This document shows positions 35,737 through 41,635 of a DNA stretch of 41,635 nt, one piece after another. The notes below the pieces were generated by a model. The model was given only the letters and a program-made list of their open reading frames with translations, was not told the origin of the DNA and ran no database searches. Both the position numbers and the translations under genes were made by a program. Origin of the DNA: a virus; the IMG/VR virus record IMGVR_UViG_3300045988_169872, positions 1 to 41,635 of that record; one strand, given 5' to 3'. The first letter of the stretch is position 1, and every line of letters starts with the position of its first letter.

Positions 35737-36156
35737 TCAATCAACCGTCGGCGCGGGATCGTAACCTTCTGTTTTCGTCGTGCGCGGCAATTCATAACCG
35801 TTATCAAGTACGGCACGCTGCAGCGTTCCCGTCACGGTGCCGGTAACGGCCGTGATGAGTTTCAGGTAGCGACGATGCTTCAGCGGCATCGGAATTGCCT
35901 GGTTGGCCGGAATCATCGACCCCGTCTGTGTGAAGGTCAGTAAGTCGGCGAAAGTCGATCCGTCTGCGGAATCCTGTAACTTAAAGGTTACGGTACCTTC
36001 ACCGCCGGCATCTTTAACCTGCAGGATGAGATTGAATCGAGGAGTCAGCGAACCGAGGTTCGGATACTCCTGTTTCAGGTCAATGACTTTGCCCGTCGTA
36101 ATGGCGGACGCTAAAGCCTTGTCAGAGCAAAACTTCAAAAGTGCATCGGTAATCAT
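35737..36156 (-). CDS. Capsid decoration/cement-like protein (Bbp16-like by position and size)
   Basis: 139 aa and beta-rich, immediately downstream of the major capsid gene. Confidence 0.5.
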   Translation of the reverse strand: MITDALLKFCSDKALASAITTGKVIDLKQEYPNLGSLTPRFNLILQVKDAGGEGTVTFKLQDSADGSTFADLLTFTQTGSMIPANQAIPMPLKHRRYLKLITAVTGTVTGTLQRAVLDNGYELPRTTKTEGYDPAPTVD

Positions 36157-36166
36157 TGCGTCCTCC

Positions 36167-37210
36167 TTAGCCCAGAGACAAAACCGGCATCGTGTTGGTG
36201 ATGACGTCCGTGCCCAAACGATGGATAGGAATGCCGTCCCAGGTCACAACCTTGCGTCCGGCAACTTCTCCGGTCGTGAGTTGCACGTTTTCCTTGTTGT
36301 TGATCTGACGACGAAGAATGCCGGTAACTGCTTCGTTGCAATAGAACGCGCAACGGCCCTTGTATTCGTCCGGAAGCAGGTTCACGGCCTGCGTCATGAG
36401 GTCGATCAGATCGGGGCTACCGGAAGTCTTCGAAGACTTACTCCACTTCGTCGTATCGATGTTGGCAATACGAACGACGGTGAGCGGATCGTAGATAGCG
36501 ACGCCGATGTCCCAACGGAAATCGGTTTCCAGCGCCCAGTAGTGCTTAGGATTGTCCGACGTACCGGCGGTTACTCGTACGGCTTCAGGGTGGACAGTGG
36601 TCTGGAAGCCGCCAAGATTCTCTCCGTACTGCGGATAGAACAAATAGTTCGAGGCCAGGTCCCAACCGACGAGAAGAATTTCCGTCTGCTTGTTTTCCGT
36701 GGTGCCGCCGGCGTCGATGATTCGATCCTTGAAGACGGGATCGGTCGGCGTCACGATGTTGAAGAGCCCCTTGCAACTATTCGGGTCTTTCGCGGGGTCG
36801 CCGTAAAAGAGATTGCGTACCGTAGCGCGGGCGAAGCCGCGGCTAAAGGCCTGATCGCGACGCAAGCGCCAAGAAGCGCGGTCGCTTTCCTTCTGGTCGT
36901 TGAACTGATCGCGGTCGATGGTCGAGCTCGAAGAACGGCGGCTGCAGGTGTAACGAACATTGTTGCCCGTCACAACATCAGAGCCCCAGCCCTCGTTGTA
37001 TCCGTGAAGATCGCCTTCCGGGTAGCGGGTGACGATCTGCCCCTTGTCCCCCATACCGTCATTGCCTCGAACAATAACGGCCTGGTCGAAGAAGGGCATA
37101 TAGTCGCGGATGGTGTGCAAAAACACCTTGCGGGCCACATCCTTGTCACCGACAAGGCCTTCGAATTCGGCCAACGACGTCGGTGCAACGTTGCTGACAA
37201 TATCTGCCAT
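36167..37210 (-). CDS. Major capsid protein
   Basis: 347 aa, between scaffold-like and decoration-like genes. Strong codon bias. Terminator placed downstream of the capsid pair. Confidence 0.75.
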   Translation of the reverse strand: MADIVSNVAPTSLAEFEGLVGDKDVARKVFLHTIRDYMPFFDQAVIVRGNDGMGDKGQIVTRYPEGDLHGYNEGWGSDVVTGNNVRYTCSRRSSSSTIDRDQFNDQKESDRASWRLRRDQAFSRGFARATVRNLFYGDPAKDPNSCKGLFNIVTPTDPVFKDRIIDAGGTTENKQTEILLVGWDLASNYLFYPQYGENLGGFQTTVHPEAVRVTAGTSDNPKHYWALETDFRWDIGVAIYDPLTVVRIANIDTTKWSKSSKTSGSPDLIDLMTQAVNLLPDEYKGRCAFYCNEAVTGILRRQINNKENVQLTTGEVAGRKVVTWDGIPIHRLGTDVITNTMPVLSLG

Positions 37211-37232
37211 TTCTGTACCTCATTAAAAATTA

Positions 37233-37916
37233 TTAGACTGCGTAAACGTCTTCTGCGGTGATTTGTCGCGGCGCGGGTTTCCCCGTCGGGAAGCCGCCTT
37301 CGCCGAAACGCGCACCGACACGGGCAAGGAGCTTCAGCACGCCAGGATGGTTGCCGGCAGGGGAGTTGATGAACTCCGCAATATCCGGGTCGAGATTCCC
37401 GTCACTGCCCTTGCCGAACATATCTCGGATGCGGGCAATGTCATTGAGGTGGTCGGCAATTTCCGGATCATTGGACGATTTTTCAGCCCACTGTTTGGAA
37501 ATTCCCGCAATCTGTTCCATCTGGCGCTGCACCATGATCGGGGCCATTTTGTTGACCACGTCTTGGGCTTTGTCCTGCGGCAGGTTGAGTTCCTTTGCCA
37601 CTTCTCCGAATTGCTGCATAACGGCGGCGTCGAGCATGGTGCCTTCAGGCGCCTTGAACTCTTCGTACTTTTCTGGCGCACCTTCAGCGGGCTTGTCGGC
37701 CTCGCTGTCTTTCGGCGCCTTTTCACCGTCCTGCTTTTCTTCGGGCTTAGTTTCGGTGGCAGTGTTCAGCAAGGTCTCAGGCATTCCGGTTGCAGGCTTG
37801 TCGGTCTGCGGCTGGCTTTCCTGACCTGCGGACTGAGCCGCCGGGTTGGCTGCAGGCTGATCTGCAGCGGGGGCATCGTTTGTATTTTCAGCCCCGGTCG
37901 TTGTTTCGTCGTTCAT
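37233..37916 (-). CDS. Scaffolding protein
   Basis: Acidic, Ala/Pro/Glu/Lys-rich low-complexity N-terminus and a helical C-terminus, directly upstream of the capsid gene. Confidence 0.6.
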   Translation of the reverse strand: MNDETTTGAENTNDAPAADQPAANPAAQSAGQESQPQTDKPATGMPETLLNTATETKPEEKQDGEKAPKDSEADKPAEGAPEKYEEFKAPEGTMLDAAVMQQFGEVAKELNLPQDKAQDVVNKMAPIMVQRQMEQIAGISKQWAEKSSNDPEIADHLNDIARIRDMFGKGSDGNLDPDIAEFINSPAGNHPGVLKLLARVGARFGEGGFPTGKPAPRQITAEDVYAV

Positions 37917-38217
37917 GAGATTCCCTCAGCATTTCTTGATAAGAAGTCGGGTCTATGAGATTGAGCAGAGCGAGTCCGACACTGCGGCGTCCTTCGGCGT
38001 AAGCCATTGAAAGCGCGTTTGTGTTGAAAGACGGTCGATAAAGCCCGGTTGCATCCAAGATGATTTCCATAGCTTCGCGGCCTTCTTTCGTGTCCATTAC
38101 GTAGGCGATGGACTTCTTCACGCGGCGCATATAGCGCTCCGTGCTTTCGCGGCGGGTGGTTTCTTCGGCCTTGATGTCAGCCGGATTGAAGGGGTCTCTG
38201 CTCATCATGAACGGCAT
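37888..38217 (-). CDS. Bbp19-like small phage protein (start uncertain)
   Basis: MDTKEGREAMEIILDATGLYRPSFNTNALSMAYAEGRRSVGLALLNLI pattern. The track start at 38247 lies inside a 9-bp inverted repeat, so a downstream ATG (38217, 38208 or 38205) is preferred. Confidence 0.5.
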   Translation of the reverse strand: MPFMMSRDPFNPADIKAEETTRRESTERYMRRVKKSIAYVMDTKEGREAMEIILDATGLYRPSFNTNALSMAYAEGRRSVGLALLNLIDPTSYQEMLRESHERRNNDRG

Positions 38218-38238
38218 CTTCAAGCAGGCCGATGTGTG

Positions 38239-38264
38239 TACGCGCACAAAAGCTCGTGCGCGTA
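38239..38264. promoter_or_regulatory. Perfect 9-bp inverted repeat in the divergent capsid/lysis control region
   Basis: TACGCGCAC (38239-38247), 8-nt spacer, GTGCGCGTA (38256-38264). Confidence 0.45.
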
Positions 38265-38316
38265 AGCCGGGGATCGTCGTTGATACTGCAGGCTACAAAA
38301 GAGTTGAGGGATTTCG

Positions 38317-38604
38317 ATGCAGGACTACCACGAATACTTTCGATACCTCTTTGCCTTTGCGGTGGGTGCCATGGCTCAGTGCTTGATGTATTTGAACTCG
38401 TTGGATAAAGCGAAACCGTTCCTTTGGTGGGAATTCTTTGTGTCGGTAGCTCTGTCGGGGTTTGTCGGCTTTCTGATCTGTATGGCTGCACACTCTCACG
38501 GTTTGCCGGATGAGGCCGCAGGGGCTCTTGCTGGGTTGGGCGGCATGATGGGGAAAGACGGCGTGAGCATTCTGAAAAGTTTTTTAGAAAGAGGCGGCCG
38601 ATGA
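38317..38604 (+). CDS. Holin candidate (two transmembrane segments)
   Basis: FRYLFAFAVGAMAQCLMYL and WWEFFVSVALSGFVGFLICMAA, with a charged C-terminus. Immediately upstream of, and overlapping, the endolysin gene. Confidence 0.6.
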   Translation: MQDYHEYFRYLFAFAVGAMAQCLMYLNSLDKAKPFLWWEFFVSVALSGFVGFLICMAAHSHGLPDEAAGALAGLGGMMGKDGVSILKSFLERGGR

Positions 38605-38978
38605 AATATGGTTTCTTTGACGAAAAGGAGTTGCAGAGTCCGAAGGACCCGTACAAGTCTCCTTTTCCGCACGTGGTGCGCGATGAACTTTTGAACCTTT
38701 TGAACCGCATCCGCCGGGAGTGGGGAAAGCCGGTTCTCGTGAATTCCGGCTACCGCAGTCCGGAATACAACGCGACGATTCCCGGGGCCGTGCCTAATTC
38801 GTATCACACGAAAGGCATGGCGGCGGACATTCGGCCTGATGATCCGCAATTGATTCCGGAGTTTCAGGACTTGTGTCTGGAAATCAACGCTGACGGCGGC
38901 GTTGGCCTTTACGACGGTTTCGTTCATGTTGACGTGCGTGGTCATCACGCTTATTGGGACTACAGGAGTCGCAAATGA
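38601..38978 (+). CDS. Endolysin, peptidase M15 (zinc D-Ala-D-Ala carboxypeptidase-like) family
   Basis: SGYRSPEYNATIPGAVPNSYHTKGMAADI...GFVHVDVR, giving the H, D, H zinc-ligand pattern. Confidence 0.85.
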   Translation: MKYGFFDEKELQSPKDPYKSPFPHVVRDELLNLLNRIRREWGKPVLVNSGYRSPEYNATIPGAVPNSYHTKGMAADIRPDDPQLIPEFQDLCLEINADGGVGLYDGFVHVDVRGHHAYWDYRSRK

Positions 38979-39223
38979 TGGAGCTCAAAGACACTGCCGC
39001 GCTGATGTGTAGCGATGACTACAAAGATCGCTTCAAGGCGGAGTACCTGCAACTGAAGATTCGCCGAGACAAACTCGCTGCAATGCTTGTTAAATGGGAC
39101 ACTGGGAAATTAGGCTTTACGCCGACTTGTTCCCGTGGCCTTTATACGTTCCAGCTCTACACGATGGACGGCTATCTCGACATATTACGAAATCGCGCGA
39201 AACTCGAAGGGGTTGAGTTGTGA
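38975..39223 (+). CDS. Conserved hypothetical phage protein (82 aa)
   Basis: ATGA overlap with the endolysin stop; CAGGAG Shine-Dalgarno. Pattern FKAEYLQLKIRRDKLAAMLVKWDTGKLGFTPTC...YLDILRNRAKLEGVEL recurs in many phages. Confidence 0.6.
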   Translation: MMELKDTAALMCSDDYKDRFKAEYLQLKIRRDKLAAMLVKWDTGKLGFTPTCSRGLYTFQLYTMDGYLDILRNRAKLEGVEL

Positions 39224-39630
39224 AAGATTACGTCTACATGGTGGCGGTCGCCCTGGCTTTCGGGGCGGGGGGCTGGCTTACTTCTGCCCACTACGACAGA
39301 GAAATCGCACTCATGGAGGTAGCGCAGTCTGATGCGCTACGTGCGGCGGAGAGAAAGAATGCAGAAGGACTTTCGAAAGCAACGGACACGATTAACCTGG
39401 CGCAGGCTGAGTACAACGATTTGCGTGCTGAGCTTGATCGGGCTCGCGCCCGGCTGCGCCACGCGGACGGTCACAGCTCCGCCGGCGGAGATTCCGCAGA
39501 CGCTCTTGGTCGAAGAGTTGCCGAGCTGGAAGGCTTGGTTCAAAGACTGGCTGACTCTGGTTCAGAGTGCGGCCGACTCTATCAGCGATGCGCCGCAAAC
39601 CACGACGCACTGACGGAGATTCTTAAATGA
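39220..39630 (+). CDS. i-spanin (Rz-like)
   Basis: N-terminal TMD YMVAVALAFGAGGWL followed by a coiled-coil periplasmic region. GTGA overlap with the upstream gene. Confidence 0.7.
   Translation: MKDYVYMVAVALAFGAGGWLTSAHYDREIALMEVAQSDALRAAERKNAEGLSKATDTINLAQAEYNDLRAELDRARARLRHADGHSSAGGDSADALGRRVAELEGLVQRLADSGSECGRLYQRCAANHDALTEILK
39332..39613 (+). CDS. o-spanin (Rz1-like) lipoprotein fully embedded in the i-spanin gene in another frame (start uncertain; 39359 also possible)
   Basis: ICVLSLIGLAPGC lipobox-like signal, then a Pro-rich mature part CATRTVTAPPAEIPQ. The lipobox is not canonical (Pro at -2). Confidence 0.5.
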   Translation: MRYVRRRERMQKDFRKQRTRLTWRRLSTTICVLSLIGLAPGCATRTVTAPPAEIPQTLLVEELPSWKAWFKDWLTLVQSAADSISDAPQTTTH

Positions 39631-39995
39631 CCGATCTTGTAAATCATCCTCAGCACTACGCCGAGCATTACGACCACGAGGTGATTGAGCTTACTCAGCA
39701 TCTGAGTTTTTGCCTGGGGAATGCCGTGAAGTACATACTGAGAGCGCCTTTTAAGGGCACAGAGCTTTTGGATTTACAGAAGGCTGAGTGGTACGTGCGG
39801 CGCATGGTCGATGAGTTCTCTGCAGACGAATGCCGCGCCCAAGTGATCACACGCCGAGGAAACTTCTCTGGCATTTTGTGTTCTTTCCGGAACGCGCTCG
39901 TGACCGAGCTAGTCTTGGCCTGTGGCCGCGGTGACAAAGCATCGCTCAACACGGTTCTTTCTGATCTTCGAGAGAACATTAGTAGGAGGGAATAA
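39627..39995 (+). CDS. DUF3310-family phage protein
   Basis: VNHPQHY...GNAVKYILRAPFKG...DLQKAEWYV signature. ATGA overlap with the spanin stop. Confidence 0.75.
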   Translation: MTDLVNHPQHYAEHYDHEVIELTQHLSFCLGNAVKYILRAPFKGTELLDLQKAEWYVRRMVDEFSADECRAQVITRRGNFSGILCSFRNALVTELVLACGRGDKASLNTVLSDLRENISRRE

Positions 39996-39996
39996 G

Positions 39997-40200
39997 ATGG
40001 AAGCGGTAAAGGTTGTTTGCCCGAGGTGCGGTAAACGTCTCTTCGATCTTTCGTTAGAACGTCCGCCCGGCGGGACGGTGATGATCGTATGTCGGCGCTG
40101 CAAGACGCTTGATGTGCTTGATCTTTCTGTATACAATGACCCTAGCTTGCAGAACCGTTCGGATTCTGCTTCACACAAGGCCCCTGAGCCTAATCCTTAG
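39997..40200 (+). CDS. com: Mu Com-like zinc-finger translational regulator
   Basis: MEAVKVVCPRCGKRLFDLSLERPPGGTVMIVCRRCKTLDVL carries CxxC...CxxC with Com-like spacing, in a 67-aa protein. AGGAGGG Shine-Dalgarno at 39984-39990. Confidence 0.75.
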   Translation: MEAVKVVCPRCGKRLFDLSLERPPGGTVMIVCRRCKTLDVLDLSVYNDPSLQNRSDSASHKAPEPNP

Positions 40201-40246
40201 CGCCAACCGAGCGCACATTTACTTACGTATAGAGAACCTTTGAGTT

Positions 40247-40272
40247 CCTGTGACAAGGAGTTTTGTCATGGG
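40247..40272 (+). promoter_or_regulatory. Translation-inhibiting RNA hairpin over the start codon of the next gene
   Basis: ccugugacaa-GGAGUU-uugucauggg gives 10 pairs (2 of them G-U). AUG 40268-40270 is fully paired and the SD GGAG sits in the loop. Confidence 0.6.
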
Positions 40273-40918
40273 TGAATTTGCATCTAAAGGTGTCGCCGGT
40301 ACTGGCCTCGGTCTTGGTATCGCGGGAACCGCTCTCGGCGTTTTGGCCGGATCGAACGGTGGAAACGGCGGCCTTCTTGGCGGTCTCTTCGGCAACGGTT
40401 GCGCCGACAAGGTCTCGGCCTTGATGTCCGAAAACGCTATGCTGAAGTCCGAAAACTACAGCGACAAGGTGGCTAAAGACGTCTACGGGCAGTCCCTTAC
40501 TGACAATCGTCGTCTCCGCGACGAAATGTATGCTTTCATCAAGCCTCTGTCTGACGAAGCCGCGAGCAACCGTGAACGTGTCGCTGTTCTTGAAGCCCAG
40601 GTAGCGAAGGACGGCGAAATCGGTAAGCTTCGCGAAGAGCTTGTGCGCTCGCAGCTCGGTGCCCGCATCGATGAGTGCTGCTGCAAGACCAACGCCAAGA
40701 TCGATGCTGTGGCCGCTGCCGCGACTTGCGGTATCTCTCAGAACTCTGCTGCGATCACGTCCTTGCAGAACCTCGTGTCCGGTATCACGCGCACCATCAT
40801 CCCTCGCACGGCCATCTGCCCCGAGGTCATGGAGCGGTGGAACTCTTGGGTAGCGCCGACGGCTACCGCCCCAGCGGTTCAGCCGGTCACGGGTACCATC
40901 GACGTCCAAAAGGGTTAA
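40268..40918 (+). CDS. Glycine-zipper / coiled-coil / Cys-rich protein of unknown function (216 aa)
   Basis: GVAGTGLGLGIAGTALGVLAGSNGGNGGLLGGLFG, then coiled coil, then DECCCKT...ATCGIS...AICPEVMERWNSW. AAGGAG lies 7 nt upstream of the ATG. Confidence 0.65.
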   Translation: MGEFASKGVAGTGLGLGIAGTALGVLAGSNGGNGGLLGGLFGNGCADKVSALMSENAMLKSENYSDKVAKDVYGQSLTDNRRLRDEMYAFIKPLSDEAASNRERVAVLEAQVAKDGEIGKLREELVRSQLGARIDECCCKTNAKIDAVAAAATCGISQNSAAITSLQNLVSGITRTIIPRTAICPEVMERWNSWVAPTATAPAVQPVTGTIDVQKG

Positions 40919-40921
40919 GCC

Positions 40922-41257
40922 ATGAAACTTCCGATCGGAAACGCTCAAGCGGTCGTTGCTGAGTATTTCGAGTCGGTGATCCTGCCGGCTGCTTCGGCAG
41001 TCGGTGGAATGGCTCCGTTCGCCGCAGGGATGGCCGGCGGGCTTATCGCTCGTCGTATCCCGCAGCTGATGGAGCAGTATTCTCCGACATTGAAAGCCCT
41101 GGGTGTCCTGGACGCCGACGGAAAGCTCGATATCGACCTGCTGCACGAGGAGGCTGTCAAGGCACTTGAGAGGGGGCCCGTGATCATTGCGGGGTACCGC
41201 GCCGACCGAGGAGACCTCGATAAGCTGAAATCAATCATGGAAAAGTACGGGGGCTAG
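40922..41257 (+). CDS. Hypothetical protein (111 aa) with a central hydrophobic Gly/Ala segment
   Basis: AASAVGGMAPFAAGMAGGLIA. Starts 3 nt after the upstream stop. Confidence 0.55.
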   Translation: MKLPIGNAQAVVAEYFESVILPAASAVGGMAPFAAGMAGGLIARRIPQLMEQYSPTLKALGVLDADGKLDIDLLHEEAVKALERGPVIIAGYRADRGDLDKLKSIMEKYGG

Positions 41258-41259
41258 AT

Positions 41260-41442
41260 ATGGACGAAAAGGACCTGCGCAAGATGCGAGCCGAGCAGAC
41301 AGAAGACGCGCTTCTCAAGAAAATCGATCGGGTGCTTGATGCGGCAGAGGACGATCATTACCTCTCGCATGATGACATCTGCCTGATCGAAAAGGCATGG
41401 AAGGCCATTTGGTACGCGAAGGCTGTCTGCAAAGAAGCCTGA
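41260..41442 (+). CDS. Hypothetical acidic helical protein (60 aa)
   Basis: Starts 2 nt after the upstream stop. Followed by hairpins. Confidence 0.5.
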   Translation: MDEKDLRKMRAEQTEDALLKKIDRVLDAAEDDHYLSHDDICLIEKAWKAIWYAKAVCKEA

Positions 41443-41444
41443 CG

Positions 41445-41494
41445 CTGCCTTCGGGCAGAATTGAACCCCGGGTACCTTGCGGCGCTCGGGGTTC
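41445..41494 (+). terminator. Two hairpins closing the rightmost operon
   Basis: CUGCC-UUCG-GGCAG (41445-41458) and GAACCCCG-16 nt-CGGGGUUC (41463-41494). Confidence 0.55.
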
Positions 41495-41516
41495 CGTGTC
41501 TCAGGCGCTCGAAGGC

Positions 41517-41635
41517 GCTCGGGACATCTGAATGGATTCTATCAATTTCCTATGAATACTGGTGGAAATACTGGTGGAAAAATTAGACAGCGACCTGCAA
41601 GCCTTGCAATTATTGGTTGTTAAACGTCCCGTAAA
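41517..41635. repeat. Terminal direct repeat, copy 2 (identical to 1-119)
   Basis: Same 119-bp string as the window start. Confidence 0.95.

Larger units (their letters stand above)
1..41516. mobile_element. One complete unit of a temperate tailed phage genome (circular assembly or excised prophage)
   Basis: Integrase, CI/Cro switch, RecT/YqaJ, replication genes, terminase, portal, capsid, tail and lysis modules are all present. The window ends repeat its first 119 bp exactly. Confidence 0.85.

Noticed and set aside
35903-37261. 452-aa ORF on the + strand opposite the major capsid gene. Similar long antisense ORFs occur at 4813-5730, 13028-14074, 15483-16103, 20962-21879, 22707-23591, 23721-24716, 28145-28891 and 40223-41146.
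   Set aside because: These are Arg/His/Gly-rich shadow frames typical of GC-rich, high-GC3 genes. They have no SD or coupling signals, and the opposite-strand genes carry recognisable motifs.
41443-41635. tRNA 3' fragment or tRNA gene at the att region, expected for P4-type integrases. Hairpins near 41463-41494 and 4499-4529 were also checked for tRNA-like shape.
   Set aside because: No GGTTCGAAT-type T-loop with an acceptor stem or CCA context was recognisable on either strand. A tRNAscan or attB comparison is needed to be sure.

Overview
The window closes on itself: bases 1-119 are identical to 41517-41635. It is therefore one complete unit (about 41,516 bp) of a temperate, tailed phage, either a circularly assembled genome or an excised prophage cut at its att repeats. 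The host is Gram-negative, judging from the embedded Rz/Rz1-type spanin pair, the M15 endolysin and the lipoprotein moron.

Layout:
- attP-like repeat field, then a P4-type integrase with an AT-rich lipoprotein and secreted-peptide moron (+ strand, 1-2.9 kb).
- Leftward early operon (- strand, 2.9-7.7 kb): small ORFs, YqaJ exonuclease, RecT, Xis-like HTH, Bro-N/KilAC antirepressor.
- CI-like repressor and Cro-like switch (7.8-8.9 kb).
- Replication and nin-like block (8.9-12 kb): DUF1376 initiator, DnaC-like loader and a chain of ATGA-coupled small genes.
- TerS/TerL, a tail-fibre module, a GNAT pair, a T7-type portal and four large internal/ejection proteins (+ strand, 12-32.3 kb).
- An inverted capsid/tail block (- strand, 32.3-38.2 kb): tubular B/A-like proteins, cement-like protein, major capsid, scaffold, Bbp19-like protein. 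From memory this resembles Bordetella BPP-1-type podoviruses.
- Lysis cassette, DUF3310, a Mu Com-like zinc finger and three unknown genes next to attP (+ strand, 38.3-41.4 kb).

Most notable observations:
- A Com-like translational activator sits directly upstream of a hairpin that buries the start codon of an uncharacterised glycine-zipper/Cys-rich protein. This is a mom-style translational lock on a non-mom cargo.
- A 1609-aa polyvalent virion protein carries glycine-zipper, RNase-like, HExxH and DdrB-ParB-like modules.
- An 11-bp-periodic iteron array, a 13-bp repeat pair and a polypurine tract lie inside the DUF1376 gene, suggesting an embedded origin.
- The CI-like repressor has an S24 domain that appears to lack the catalytic Ser and Lys, and the phage also encodes an antirepressor.
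- Two structured, apparently non-coding stretches lie at 4290-4555 and 18705-18959.

No tRNA, rRNA, CRISPR array, transposase or reverse transcriptase was recognised. All family assignments come from motif recognition by eye and need HMM or structure confirmation.
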